From NCBI RefSeq assembly GCF_000007985.2, contig NC_002939.5:3300001-3332000 (forward strand): a stretch of DNA of 32,000 nucleotides, written 5' to 3'. A program made the translations under genes and the position numbers. The notes under the pieces were generated by a model, which did no database searches, was not told the DNA's origin, and saw only the letters and a list, made by a program, of their open reading frames with translations. Each line of letters begins with the position of its first letter. Position 1 is the first letter of the stretch. The stretch is from Geobacter sulfurreducens PCA. Lineage in GTDB: Bacteria; Desulfobacterota; Desulfuromonadia; Geobacterales; Geobacteraceae. This document shows positions 1 to 9,355 of this stretch, piece after piece.

Positions 1-415
1 TGGCATTGACGGCGGGCATAACCCGGGCCCGGACGTCCAGCAGGTTTTCCCCCCCCGGCACCCGGTAGCCTTCCAGGTCGTTGAGCCGTGCCTGCCACTG
101 GTGGGGATAGCGGTCCTGGAGCTCTTGCCAGCTCTTCGCCTCCCATTCGCCCATGCAGATTTCCCGCAGTTCCGGGTGGCGCTGCGGCTGAACGTTCAGG
201 TGGGCGGCCAGGGACTCGGCACCCCAGACGCAGCGGGTAAGGTCGCTGGTGTAGCAGGCGGCGATCCGAACCCCGTCGAACCGCTTGCGGAGTTCCAGGT
301 ACTGGGCCTTACCCCGCTCGGAGAGGCCCACGTCGTTGTGTCCGTTGTAACGGGGGACGCCGGCCCCCTCCACTTCGCCGTGACGGATGAGATAGATGCG
401 TGTTTTGCGTGTCAT
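1..415 (-). CDS. cobC: Histidine-phosphatase family protein, probable alpha-ribazole phosphatase CobC. The N-terminal part is present; the 3' end lies outside the window.
   Basis: I translated the minus strand from ATG at 415-413: MTRKTRIYLIRHGEVEGAGVPRYNGHNDVGLSERGKAQ... It carries the RHG catalytic motif of the histidine phosphatase superfamily and lies directly downstream of cobS on the same strand. It is absent from the ORF track because it runs off the window edge. Confidence 0.75.
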   Translation of the reverse strand, partial: MTRKTRIYLIRHGEVEGAGVPRYNGHNDVGLSERGKAQYLELRKRFDGVRIAACYTSDLTRCVWGAESLAAHLNVQPQRHPELREICMGEWEAKSWQELQDRYPHQWQARLNDLEGYRVPGGENLLDVRARVMPAVNA

Positions 416-545
416 GTTCCGTTCCAGAGAGGGAAATATCCCTGTTGTTTGTTCGGGCAGCCTCACGGCATAGCCCCTGCCTCTACATCCTGTGTGTTCC
501 CGGCAAGGAATCGAAGTATGGAAGGACAGTCTCCGTACGGGGCTG

Positions 546-1286
546 TCAGCCCCGGTGCAGGGCCAGGATGACCAGCAGGCAGAGAATTTCGTTCAGTTCG
601 CTGGCGCAGCCGATGACATCGCCGGTAACCCCGCCGAGATGCCGATGGAACCACCACCGGAACCCGCCGGTGAAAAGAACGGATGCCGCAAGCACGGCCA
701 TGCCCGCCGGGCCCAGCAGCAACCAGGCTGCAACGGCCGTGATCGTGCCGGCCGTCACCAGCTGGAACATCCCGGTCCCGGCGATGAAAGCGGCGCCGAG
801 GCCATCCTGTCGGGCGCGGTTGGCGCCGACGGTCATCTGCACCTGGGCGTAGCGGGCCACGGCAGGGAAGAGCAAGAGCGCCTGACGCTTGAGGTCGTCC
901 GGCACCGCCAGCAGGGCCTGGTACTTGAGCGCCAGCCCGAGCACGAGCCCCACTACCCCCACGGCTCCCACCCGGGGATCCTTCATGACCGCCAGGAAAC
1001 GCTCCCTGCCGCCACGAGCCGCCAGCCCGTCGCAGACATCGGCCAGACCGTCCAGGTGCAACGCACCGGTTACCCCGGCCAGCAGCGCCACCAGCAGGAG
1101 ATCGCTGACGGGCCTTGGCACCAGCGCTGCGAAAAGCATGTCGGCCCCGGCCAGCAGTGTTCCCAGAGTGAGCCCCGCCAGGGGGAAGAATGCCATGGAG
1201 CGTCCCAGGGCGCGCTCGTCCCAGCGCAGCCGGAACGGCAGCGGGACGACGGTCAGAAACTGAAGGGCGATGAAATAGAGTTTCAA
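546..1286 (-). CDS. cobS: Adenosylcobinamide-GDP ribazoletransferase (cobalamin synthase)
   Basis: A 246-aa polytopic membrane protein, [17 protein letters not shown]...[12 protein letters not shown]..., which is a typical CobS signature. The 4-nt overlap with the cobT stop (1283-1286) suggests translational coupling. Confidence 0.9.
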   Translation of the reverse strand: MKLYFIALQFLTVVPLPFRLRWDERALGRSMAFFPLAGLTLGTLLAGADMLFAALVPRPVSDLLLVALLAGVTGALHLDGLADVCDGLAARGGRERFLAVMKDPRVGAVGVVGLVLGLALKYQALLAVPDDLKRQALLLFPAVARYAQVQMTVGANRARQDGLGAAFIAGTGMFQLVTAGTITAVAAWLLLGPAGMAVLAASVLFTGGFRWWFHRHLGGVTGDVIGCASELNEILCLLVILALHRG

Positions 1287-2341
1287 TAGTCCCCTTCCGC
1301 CACGCCCGCTTCCTCAAAGGTGGCCATTTCCGTCAAAATTCTGACTCCGGCCTCGATGAGTCCCATGGCCAGTGCCCCACCAGTCCCCTCGCCGAGCCGC
1401 AGCTGGAGGTCCAGGATCGGGGCGGCGCCGATGCGGTCGAGCATGACCCGGTGCCCCACTTCCACCGACTGGTGGGCCGCAAAGAGGTAATCCCGCACAT
1501 GGGGATTGAGCTCGCAGGCCACCAGGGCCCCGGCCGTGGAGATGAAGCCGTCCACCACCACCGGCAGCCGGTTTGCGGCGCAGCCGAGGATCAGGCCTGC
1601 AATGCCGGCGATCTCCAGTCCTCCGACTTTTGCCAGCACATCGATAGGATCTTTCGGATCGGGTTGGTTCAGGGCCAGCCCCGCCTCGATAACCCGGACC
1701 TTGTTGGCAAGGGCCTCATCGCCGATGCCGGTCCCCCGGTGGGTCACCGCCGGGACCGGCAGCCCCGAGAAGGCGGCGATAATGGCAGCCGACGGGGTAG
1801 TGTTACCGATACCCATCTCGCCGGTACCGACCAGGGCGATCCCTTCCCGCTTGGCCTCATTCGCCAGATCTATCCCCACCTCCAGGGCGGCGACCGCCTC
1901 CTCCCTGGTCATGGCCGGGCCTCGAGCGAAATTACGGGTGCCCCGGGCCACCTTCCGGACAATGAGGCCGGGGGTGTCGCCGAAATCGTGATCCACCCCG
2001 ATGTCGACCACCCGTACCTGGGCTCCCACGTGGCGCGCAAGGACATTGATGCCGGCTCCTCCCCGCAGGAAATTATAGACCATCTGGGGGGTCACTTCCC
2101 GGGGAAAGGCCGACACACCTTCATCGGTCACGCCATGATCACCGGCAAAGGTGAAGACCACCTTCTTCTTCGTATCGGGCGCAACGCTGCCGGTGATGGC
2201 CACCATGCGCCGGGCGAACTCCTCCAACCGTCCGAGGGAGCCAATGGGTTTGGTCTTGTTGTCAAGCCGCGCCTGGGCCTGGGCCATGAGTTCGGCATCT
2301 ACGGGACATATTTTTGACAGGGCTTCGGTCAGCAGCGTCAT
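1283..2341 (-). CDS. cobT: Nicotinate-nucleotide--dimethylbenzimidazole phosphoribosyltransferase
   Basis: A 352-aa protein with [22 protein letters not shown] and [12 protein letters not shown] motifs characteristic of CobT, in cobU-cobT-cobS order. Confidence 0.92.
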   Translation of the reverse strand: MTLLTEALSKICPVDAELMAQAQARLDNKTKPIGSLGRLEEFARRMVAITGSVAPDTKKKVVFTFAGDHGVTDEGVSAFPREVTPQMVYNFLRGGAGINVLARHVGAQVRVVDIGVDHDFGDTPGLIVRKVARGTRNFARGPAMTREEAVAALEVGIDLANEAKREGIALVGTGEMGIGNTTPSAAIIAAFSGLPVPAVTHRGTGIGDEALANKVRVIEAGLALNQPDPKDPIDVLAKVGGLEIAGIAGLILGCAANRLPVVVDGFISTAGALVACELNPHVRDYLFAAHQSVEVGHRVMLDRIGAAPILDLQLRLGEGTGGALAMGLIEAGVRILTEMATFEEAGVAEGDY

Positions 2342-2363
2342 GGGGTACCTCGTCTTTCAGGGT

Positions 2364-2882
2364 TCATTTCAGGCGTAGCGGGAGCCCGCTGAATGTCACA
2401 TAGACTTCGTCGGCCGCGGCGGCGATCCGCTCGTTGGCCTCGCCGGCCAGGTCACGGAACTGGCGCGCCAGGCGGTTCTCCGGCACTATCCCCATGCCCA
2501 CCTCGTTGGATACGATGATGAGCGGAGTCCGGAGGGAGGAGAATGTCCGTGTCAATAGTTCGACTTCTTTGAGCACGCGGGCTGGATCGTCCAGGGAAAA
2601 GAGGAGATTGGAGAGCCAGAGGGTGACGCAATCCACGAGGATTGCGGCGAACCGGCCGTCATGGGCCGCCAGGGACTCGGCAAGGGCCAGGGGTTCTTCG
2701 ATGGTGGTCCAGGCATCGCCGCGGCGCTCCCGGTGCCGGGCGATCCGCTCGGCCATCTCCCCGTCACCGGCAGAGCCGGTGGCCAGGTAGCCGAGGGGAG
2801 TACCCCGCCTGGTTGCCAGTTCTTCGGCCAAGCGGCTTTTGCCGCTACGGGCGCCGCCCGTTAAGAAAATGATCTGTGCCAT
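2364..2882 (-). CDS. cobU: Bifunctional adenosylcobinamide kinase / adenosylcobinamide-phosphate guanylyltransferase
   Basis: A 172-aa protein with the P-loop FLTGGARSGKSRLAEE and typical CobU/CobP length. It is the first gene behind the B12 riboswitch. Confidence 0.92.
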   Translation of the reverse strand: MAQIIFLTGGARSGKSRLAEELATRRGTPLGYLATGSAGDGEMAERIARHRERRGDAWTTIEEPLALAESLAAHDGRFAAILVDCVTLWLSNLLFSLDDPARVLKEVELLTRTFSSLRTPLIIVSNEVGMGIVPENRLARQFRDLAGEANERIAAAADEVYVTFSGLPLRLK

Positions 2883-2885
2883 GAA

Positions 2886-2920
2886 TGAAAAACCCCGCCT
2901 CCTGACAAGGGGCGGGGCTC
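2886..2920 (-). terminator. Intrinsic terminator forming the riboswitch expression platform, immediately 5' of the cobU start codon
   Basis: The minus strand reads CCCCGCC-ccttgtcagga-GGCGGGG-TTTTT-cattc-ATG. The stems are 2893-2899 and 2911-2917, and the U-tract is 2888-2892. The hairpin contains the only GGAGG near the start. Confidence 0.7.
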
Positions 2921-3178
2921 GAATACCGTGGATGAATTGACGATGGCTTCGGCACCTCTTCCTCGGAGGCCGCTGCTCATGCGTTCGGGCAGGTTTCCTG
3001 GCTCACGGATCACTTTACTCGCCGCGCCTTCCCGGAAGAAGGCGTATTTCACGCCTTCACATCAACAAGGACTCTCCAGTGGCATCGCTGCGGCTTTCAT
3101 CACCGTTCACAGTTGCGGGACAGCAAGGGATTCTCACCCTTTTCCCTTTTACCTTCCACCGTGGGAGTGGAAGCACCT
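2921..3178 (-). promoter_or_regulatory. Cobalamin (AdoCbl) riboswitch aptamer
   Basis: The minus strand contains GGTAAAAGGGAAAAGGGTGAGAATCCCTTGCTGTCCCGCAACTGTGAACGG, then GCCACTGG, then the B12 box GAGCCAGGAAACCTGCCC (plus-strand 2988-3004). All are conserved cobalamin-riboswitch core elements, placed in a cob operon leader. Confidence 0.88.
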
Positions 3179-3208
3179 GAACGCTTGAAATATTCGATTG
3201 TTCAAAGA

Positions 3209-3237
3209 CTTGTAGCAGAGCGGGCAGTAAAAGTCAA
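3209..3237 (-). promoter_or_regulatory. Candidate sigma70-type promoter for the riboswitch-cob operon
   Basis: The minus strand reads TTGACT (3237-3232), a 17-nt spacer, then TACAAG (3214-3209), about 30 nt upstream of the aptamer. The -10 matches only 4 of 6 positions. Confidence 0.3.
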
Positions 3238-3253
3238 CGCCCATGACGGCCGG

Positions 3254-3874
3254 TCACTCCGGGGCGCCATCCACTGACGGGGAGTGTCCTTCGGCCATGA
3301 TCGCCTCGATCCGCGCCCAGATGGCGTCACGCCCCTCGCGGGAAAGGGCCGAGAAGAAAGCCATCTCGTCCGGAGCCAGGCCGAGGGTCCGGCTGATCAG
3401 GCTCGCCTGCTTGGCCCGCTCGTTCTTCGAGACCTTGTCGCACTTGGTGATGACCACCAGGACGGGGATGTCGTAGGCCCGCAGCCACTGGAGCATGAGC
3501 CGGTCCTCTTCAGCCGGCGTCCGGCGGACATCCACGATCAGCACCACGCAGGCGAGACAGGAGCGGCCCGCCAGATAGGTTTCGACCATGGGGCCCCACT
3601 GCCTCTTCACCTCAGGCGGGACACGGGCGAACCCGTAGCCCGGAAGGTCCACCAGCATCAGGCTGCCGTTCACCCTGAAAAAGTTGATGAGCTGGGTACG
3701 TCCCGGCGTCGAACTGGTCCGGACCAGGCTCTTGCGATTAACAAGCACGTTGATAAGTGACGATTTTCCGACATTGGATCGCCCCACAAAAGCGATCTCG
3801 AGCAGATCGCCGGGCGGATAGTGCTCGGGTCTCGTACCGCTCGTAACAAATTCCGCGCTCGTGATATTCACCAT
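3254..3874 (-). CDS. engB: Ribosome-biogenesis GTPase EngB/YsxC/YihA
   Basis: G1 motif [18 protein letters not shown] and TKCDK motifs. The start is set at MVNITSAEF (ATG at 3874), preceded by AGGGGGG, rather than at the longer 3934 ORF. Confidence 0.88.
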   Translation of the reverse strand: MVNITSAEFVTSGTRPEHYPPGDLLEIAFVGRSNVGKSSLINVLVNRKSLVRTSSTPGRTQLINFFRVNGSLMLVDLPGYGFARVPPEVKRQWGPMVETYLAGRSCLACVVLIVDVRRTPAEEDRLMLQWLRAYDIPVLVVITKCDKVSKNERAKQASLISRTLGLAPDEMAFFSALSREGRDAIWARIEAIMAEGHSPSVDGAPE

Positions 3875-3967
3875 GGACCCCCCTGAAACAGTAACTGCCC
3901 GTGCGACAATAGCACCTCGGTTCCCCCAATGCAATCGGAGGAAGCGACCGGCTGCACACCACGCTTT

Positions 3968-3984
3968 CGGCGAGAAAATTGCAT
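3968..3984 (+). promoter_or_regulatory. Weak sigma54-like -24/-12 element upstream of the HDOD gene
   Basis: cGGCgagaaaaTTGCAt has correct GG-to-GC spacing relative to TGGCACG-N4-TTGCW and lies 53 nt upstream of ATG 4037. The -24 half is degenerate. Confidence 0.3.
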
Positions 3985-4036
3985 GACAAACTTGAACTAT
4001 TGTCGTCCGCTGTCGCTGACCACGAACAGGTGCCTA

Positions 4037-4891
4037 ATGAACAAGGAACTGGAAACCCTCATTCTCTCCGCCGTGGACCTGCCGACCATCCCGCTCGTCG
4101 CCACCAAGGTCATTGAAATGATCGAGCAGGAGGACGTGACGATCGAGAAAATCGCCCAGACGGTCTCCGCCGACCCGGCCGTGGCCGCGCGGATCCTCAA
4201 GCTCTCCAATTCGGCCTACTATGGCTGCCAGCGCCAGATCAACACCCTGTCCGGAGCAATCATGCTCCTTGGGTTCAGGACCCTGAAAAGCCTGGTGGTG
4301 GCCGCGTCCCTCAAGCAGATATGCAAACGCTTCGGCCTGACGGAGAAAATGCTCTGGGAACATGCCGTCGGCGCCGCCATTGCCGCGCGGATCATCAGTG
4401 CCAACGGCAAGTTCATCAACGAAGAGACGGCATTTCTGGCCGGCTTGTTCCACGACATCGGCAAAACCATCATGAACGACCTGGATCCTTCGAAATTCCA
4501 GCAGGTGATGATGCGTTGCTACAATGAAGGGCTGCCCTTCGAGGAAGTGGAGCGGAGTATTTATTCCTTTTCCCATGCGGAGGTGGGAGCGCTCGTCATC
4601 CGCAAATGGAACTTCCCGGAGGCCCTTTCCACCGCGGTCATGAACCACCATGACTTTCCGAACCCCACGCTCACGGACCAGTACGATCTTTTCCTGACCG
4701 CGACCACATGCCTGGCCGACAAGTTCTGCAAAAAACTCGGCATCGGCGAACGCCACCCGGACGAGGAGCTTGATCTGGCAAAAACACAGGAGGCACACCT
4801 GCTCGGCTACACGCCCGAGACCATCTTGCGGGACGTGGACCAGTTCGCCCAGACCTTCGAGGAGAACAAGAGCTTCTTCATCAACGACTGA
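4037..4891 (+). CDS. HDOD domain-containing signalling protein
   Basis: MNKELETLILSAVDLPTIPLVATKVIEMIEQEDVTIEKIAQTVSADPAVAARILKLSNSAYYG followed by FHDIGK, a typical HDOD architecture. The start is chosen at ATG 4037. Confidence 0.85.
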   Translation: MNKELETLILSAVDLPTIPLVATKVIEMIEQEDVTIEKIAQTVSADPAVAARILKLSNSAYYGCQRQINTLSGAIMLLGFRTLKSLVVAASLKQICKRFGLTEKMLWEHAVGAAIAARIISANGKFINEETAFLAGLFHDIGKTIMNDLDPSKFQQVMMRCYNEGLPFEEVERSIYSFSHAEVGALVIRKWNFPEALSTAVMNHHDFPNPTLTDQYDLFLTATTCLADKFCKKLGIGERHPDEELDLAKTQEAHLLGYTPETILRDVDQFAQTFEENKSFFIND

Positions 4892-4921
4892 GCGCAGCCC
4901 CGAACAGGTTCTTACAGGCAC

Positions 4922-4960
4922 AAAAAAGACGCGCGACTCTCTGCCGCGCGTCTTTGCGTT
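4922..4960. terminator. Bidirectional intrinsic terminator between the convergent HDOD gene and flaG
   Basis: A 10-bp GC-rich stem, AAGACGCGCG (4926-4935) paired with CGCGCGTCTT (4945-4954), has a 9-nt loop. It is flanked by an A6 run on the left (T-run on the minus strand) and TTTGCGTTT on the right. Confidence 0.65.
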
Positions 4961-5081
4961 TCAGTCAATACCCGATTTATTACACTGGATCAAACACCCT
5001 GCCGGCAGACGGAATTCAACGCTCCGTCGCTCCCCTCTTCCCCGCCCGGCACGATGCCGCCACAGCGACGCTCAGCGCATA

Positions 5082-5462
5082 TCAGGCCTTTTCCCGGATA
5101 ATGAGCCCCTTGAGCTCGTCAAGCATCCTGGCGATCTTGAGCACCTCTTCCGCGGGGATCTGCCGGATCACCTCACCGCTTTCCCGTGCCAGGACCTTGA
5201 CGACCGTTCTGTTGGTGTCCTTGTCCACCGAGAATTCGAGATCACGGCTGACCGACTCGATGAACTCGTTGATCCGTTCAGTCGCCTCCTTGACCCGCTC
5301 CTCTTCGCTCTTGCCCTTGTCACTCTCCTTCTCGGGCTCACGAGCCTGCTCCACGGGCCGCGCCGCGCGCTTTTCCTCTTCATCCTGCCGTGACTTGGCC
5401 ACGATTGTCGGAACAACCGCAACCGCGGAAGGCCCTGTTCCACTGGTGGCTTCGATGTTCAT
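5082..5462 (-). CDS. flaG: Flagellar protein FlaG
   Basis: A 126-aa protein with an acidic/lysine-rich middle and a C-terminal LEFSVDKDTNRTVVKVLARESGEVIRQIPAEEVL block typical of the FlaG family. Confidence 0.85.
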   Translation of the reverse strand: MNIEATSGTGPSAVAVVPTIVAKSRQDEEEKRAARPVEQAREPEKESDKGKSEEERVKEATERINEFIESVSRDLEFSVDKDTNRTVVKVLARESGEVIRQIPAEEVLKIARMLDELKGLIIREKA

Positions 5463-5502
5463 GGCATCTCTCCCTGAAAATATAACACTCCCTATGACCT
5501 CA

Positions 5503-5528
5503 TATCGGATGACTGCAGGGAAACTTTA
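5503..5528 (-). promoter_or_regulatory. Sigma28 (FliA)-type promoter of flaG
   Basis: The minus strand reads TAAAGTTT-ccctgcagtca(11 nt)-tCCGATAT, compared with the enteric consensus TAAAGTTT-N11-GCCGATAA. It lies about 40 nt upstream of the flaG ATG. Confidence 0.65.
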
Positions 5529-5548
5529 GCAGGAAAATGACAGTGGAC

Positions 5549-5590
5549 AAAAAAACGAAGAGAGGAAGCCCGGTGCTCCCTCTCTTCGTT
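5549..5590 (-). terminator. Intrinsic terminator of the giant peptidase gene
   Basis: The minus strand forms a 12-bp stem, AACGAAGAGAGG ... CCTCTCTTCGTT, followed by a T5-7 run. It lies 30 nt after the stop at 5621. Confidence 0.75.
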
Positions 5591-5620
5591 CTGACAGGCT
5601 TCGTCCTTCGGGTAACGACC

Positions 5621-8600
5621 CTATTGGATCGTCCAGACAGCCGTTGTCTCTACGGTCTGCCACGTGCCCCCAGCATTTTTGCCCAGCACCGAAAGCATAT
5701 GCGTTCCATCAGCAAGCCCCGCAAGACTCCGTGCCTGCGTAACGGGGATCTCGACTGACCAGACGCCATTGTCGAGCTTGTACTTGTAGGAAACCACGTA
5801 TGGTCCGCCGACGGTAAAGGTCGCCGTTGTCGCAGTGGTAGGATCAGCCGGAATACCATTGATGACGGCTGCCGGCTTTATCGTGAAGGATTGTGCCTTG
5901 ACCCCCTCGACGTTGCCTGCCTGATCGACAGCAAAGTATTTGAGGCTCTGGGTCGTACCGATGACGATCGGGCCGGTATATTTCGGCGAAGCCGTGGTCG
6001 GCGCCGCACCGTTGACAGTGTAGTAAATGGTGGCCGTCTCGCTGGAGTAAAGCTCTACGCTCTGGGCACTCGCATAGGTTCCGCCGGGCACCGAGGCGGT
6101 GGTCACCGGCGCGGAAATATCAACCGTCCACGCGACGGCAGTGGGCACATCCTGCCAGGTTCCGACCAGGTTTTTGCCAAGGACGGCAACCGCATGGGAA
6201 CCGGAGGCGAGGCCGGAAAGAACAATTTTCGTGGCAACCGGGGTTTCCGAAGACCAGGCGCCGCTATCGAGCTTCCACCTGTAGGCGACCACCCCGGTGC
6301 CGCCGACCGTGAGCGTCGCTGAGGTGGCACGGGAAAAAGTCGCCGGCGTCCCGGAAAGTACCGCGAGAGGAGACGGAGCATAAATTTCGGTTTTAACCGC
6401 CTCGGCGTTGCCGTGCTGATCAACGGCGAAGAACTTCAGGGTTTTGCCGGGGGCAACGGAGACAGGCGCCGCGTATTTGGACGAGGCGGTGGTCGGCGCG
6501 GCACCGGTGAGGGTGTAGTAGATGGTGGCCGTCTCATTGGCCGAGAGAGTTACCACCTGGGGCGCATCATAGGTGCCCCCCGCCGGCGAGGCACTGGTTA
6601 CAGGCGGCGCCACCTCGACGGTCCAGGAAGCTGTGGTCGCGTCGGCATTGGCCTGCCAGACGCCGGAACCATTCCTGCCGACCACGGAAACCGTGTGAGT
6701 TCCGGCAGCAAGACCGGCAAGGGAGATTTTGGTCGCCAGCGGCGTCTCGGCCGACCAGGCCCCGTTGTCGAGCTTGAACTTGTAGGCGGCAACACCGGAG
6801 CCGCCCACGGTCAGAGTGGCGCTCGTGAGCTTGGTTGTGCCGCCCGGTGCACCGGCCAGGGTTACGATGACGTAAGAGAAGGTCTTGACCGCCTCGACGT
6901 TCCCCGCCGTATCGATTGCGAAAAATTTCAGCGTTGACGTAGCATTAACGGTCAGCGGCGCGGTGTACTTGGCAGACGCGGTCGTGGGTGTTGTGCCGTT
7001 GGTCGTGTAGTAGACGGTGGCCGTCTCGTCGGGCGACAGCGTGACTGCCTGCCCCCCCTTGTAGACTCCGGCGGCAAGCGAGGCGGCCGTCGTGGGAGCA
7101 GTGAGGTCGACGATCCAGGACTTCGAGGAGGCAACCGACGTAGCCTGCCACGTGCCCGCCACGCTCTTCCCAATGACCGAGACGGTATGCGCCCCTTCCG
7201 AAAGGCCGGTTATGGCCGTTTTTGTCGCCACCGGGATCTCGGCGGACCAGGAGCCGCCGTCGAGCTTGTATTTATAGGCAACCACACCAACACCACCGAT
7301 GGTGAGCGTGACGGACGTAGCCTTGCTCGCAACAGGTACGCCGTTGATCACGGCCAACGGCGGAAGGGCGTAGCTCTGGGTCTTCACCGCCTCGGCATTG
7401 CCTGCGGGGTCAATGGCGAAGTACTTGAGGGTGGCGGTGGCCGGCAACGGAATCGGCCCGACATATTTGGCCGACGCGGTCGTGGGAGTCGTCCCGTTCG
7501 TCGTGTAGTAGATGGTGGCCGTCTCGTCGGCCGAAAGGTTTACGGTCTGGGGCGTCGCATAGGTCCCTCCCGCCGGTGATGCGGTGGTAACTGGAGGAGT
7601 TAGATCAACCGTCCACTGGACCGTGGTCGGGGCCTGATCATCCTGCCACCCGCCGGCGGCGTTCTTGGCAATGACATCCACCCTGTGGGCGCCGGCGGCA
7701 AGGCCGGTCAGTGCGATCTTGGTCGCAACCGGGGTTTCCGCCGACCACGCACCACCGTCCACACTCCGTTTGTAGGCTACCACTCCGCTCCCTCCCACCG
7801 TCAGGGTAGCGGTCGTGTACTTGGTCTTCGCTGCCGGTGTTCCGGCAATAATTGCCGTGACAGGCAAAGCGTAAATCTCGGTCTTCACCGCTTCCGCGTT
7901 GCCCGCCTGGTCCACGGCAAAGAACTTGAGCACCTTGGTCGGAGCAACCGTGATCGGGCCTGTATACTTTGCCGAAGAGGTCGTGGGTGCAAGGCCGGTG
8001 ATCGTATAGTAAATGGTCGCGGTCTCGTCCGCCGTCAGGGTGACGGTCTGGGATGCGGCATAGGTGCCGCCGGCAGGGGAGGCAGTGGTGGTCGGCGCGG
8101 TCTGCTCGACCGTCCAGCTGACAGCGGTCGGGGCTACCTGCCATACCCCTGCTGCGGTTTTGCCGATTACCGATACCGTGTGCAAACCGGTCCCAAGGGC
8201 GGTCAGGCTGATTTTGGTGGCAACCGGTATTTCGGCCGACAGTGCTCCGCCGTCAAGCGAGTATTTGTAGGCCGAGACACCGATGCCCGCCACCGTCAGG
8301 GTCGCGGTGGCAAGCTTCGTCGTGGTCGGAGGAGTCCCGCTGACCAGGGTGATGGTATAGATGTTTGTTTTTATCGCCTCCGCATTCCCGGCTTGGTCAA
8401 CGGCGAAGAATTTCAGGGTCGTGGACGTATTGATGGCCAGCGGAGCCGAGTACTTGGCCGACGCGGTGGTCGGCGTGGTCCCGTTCGTCGTGTAATAGAC
8501 GGTGGCGGTTTCACTGGCGGAGAGGCTCACTGTCTGGCCCGGCTTGTAGATCCCTGCGGCGAGTGACGCGGTTGTAACCGGAGCGGCAAGGTCCACCGTC

Positions 8601-9355
8601 CAGGAGGCGGTGGTCGCCGTCGTCTGCCAGGCGCCAAGCGCGTTTTTGGCAATCACGTCCACCGTGTGGGAGCCGGCGGCCAGCGCGGATAGGCTGATCT
8701 TCGTGGCAATTGGCGTTTCAGCCGACCAAGTGCCATTGTCGAGCCGGAATTTGTATGCAACGGCCGTAGCCCCCCCCACCGTGATGGCTGCGACCGTTGC
8801 CTTGGTCCTGGCGGCCGGCACACCTGTCAGCGCTGCCACGGGAGGAAGCTGGTAAACCAGGCTCTTCACTGCTTCCGCATTGCCGGCCTGATCCACGGCA
8901 AAAAACTTGAGTGTGGACGTGGGAGTCACCGTGATGGGCCCGCTGTACTGGGGCGAGGCGGTCGTCGGCGTTGTTCCATTGGTGGTGTAGTAAATGGTGG
9001 CGGTTTCACTGGAGGAAAGGGTCACGGTCTGGGCGGCGGCATAGGTCCCACCCGCCGGAGAGGCCGTCGTCACCGGCTTGATGGTGTCAACATCCCAGGA
9101 AACAGTGGTAGGCGAAGCCGTGGACTGCCAGTTTCCTGCGGCATCTTTGCCGACAACCGAAAGGGTATAGGAACCATTTACCAACCCCACGATATTCATG
9201 GAGGTCTTAACCGGGATCTCGGCCGACCAGGCACCGCTATTGATCTTGTACTTGTATGAAACGACGTCGCCGCCGTTCACGCCAAAGCCGAACGTGGTCG
9301 CCTTGGTCGGACCCGCCAGGGGGCTGTTGGCCACAACCACCGCCACCGGCGCAAC
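5621..9355 (-). repeat. In-frame tandem coding repeat of 7.5 units, 486-501 bp each (162-167 aa: Ig-like domain plus CHB_HEX_C-like domain)
   Basis: The conserved 24-mer encoding the (F/Y)FA(V/I)D block starts at 5921, 6416, 6908, 7406, 7907, 8393 and 8888. The spacings are 495, 492, 498, 501, 486 and 495 nt. The units are diverged at both protein and DNA level. Confidence 0.85.

Noticed and set aside
463-1317. Long overlapping ORFs around cobS: 463..1317 minus (284 aa), 492..1289 plus (265 aa), 400..852 plus and 889..1263 plus.
   Set aside because: These are Arg/Pro/Gly/Ala-rich translations with no motifs, lying out of frame or antisense to a clearly recognisable cobS. They are typical shadow ORFs of high-GC DNA.
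4034-4921. A 295-aa minus-strand ORF antisense to the HDOD gene.
   Set aside because: It has no recognisable domain and biased composition, and it fully overlaps a gene with a clear HDOD signature.
5621-9355. The regular periodicity of about 495 bp could suggest a CRISPR array or a satellite.
   Set aside because: The period is far too long, there is no short direct repeat/spacer structure, and every unit is in frame within one ORF encoding folded domains.
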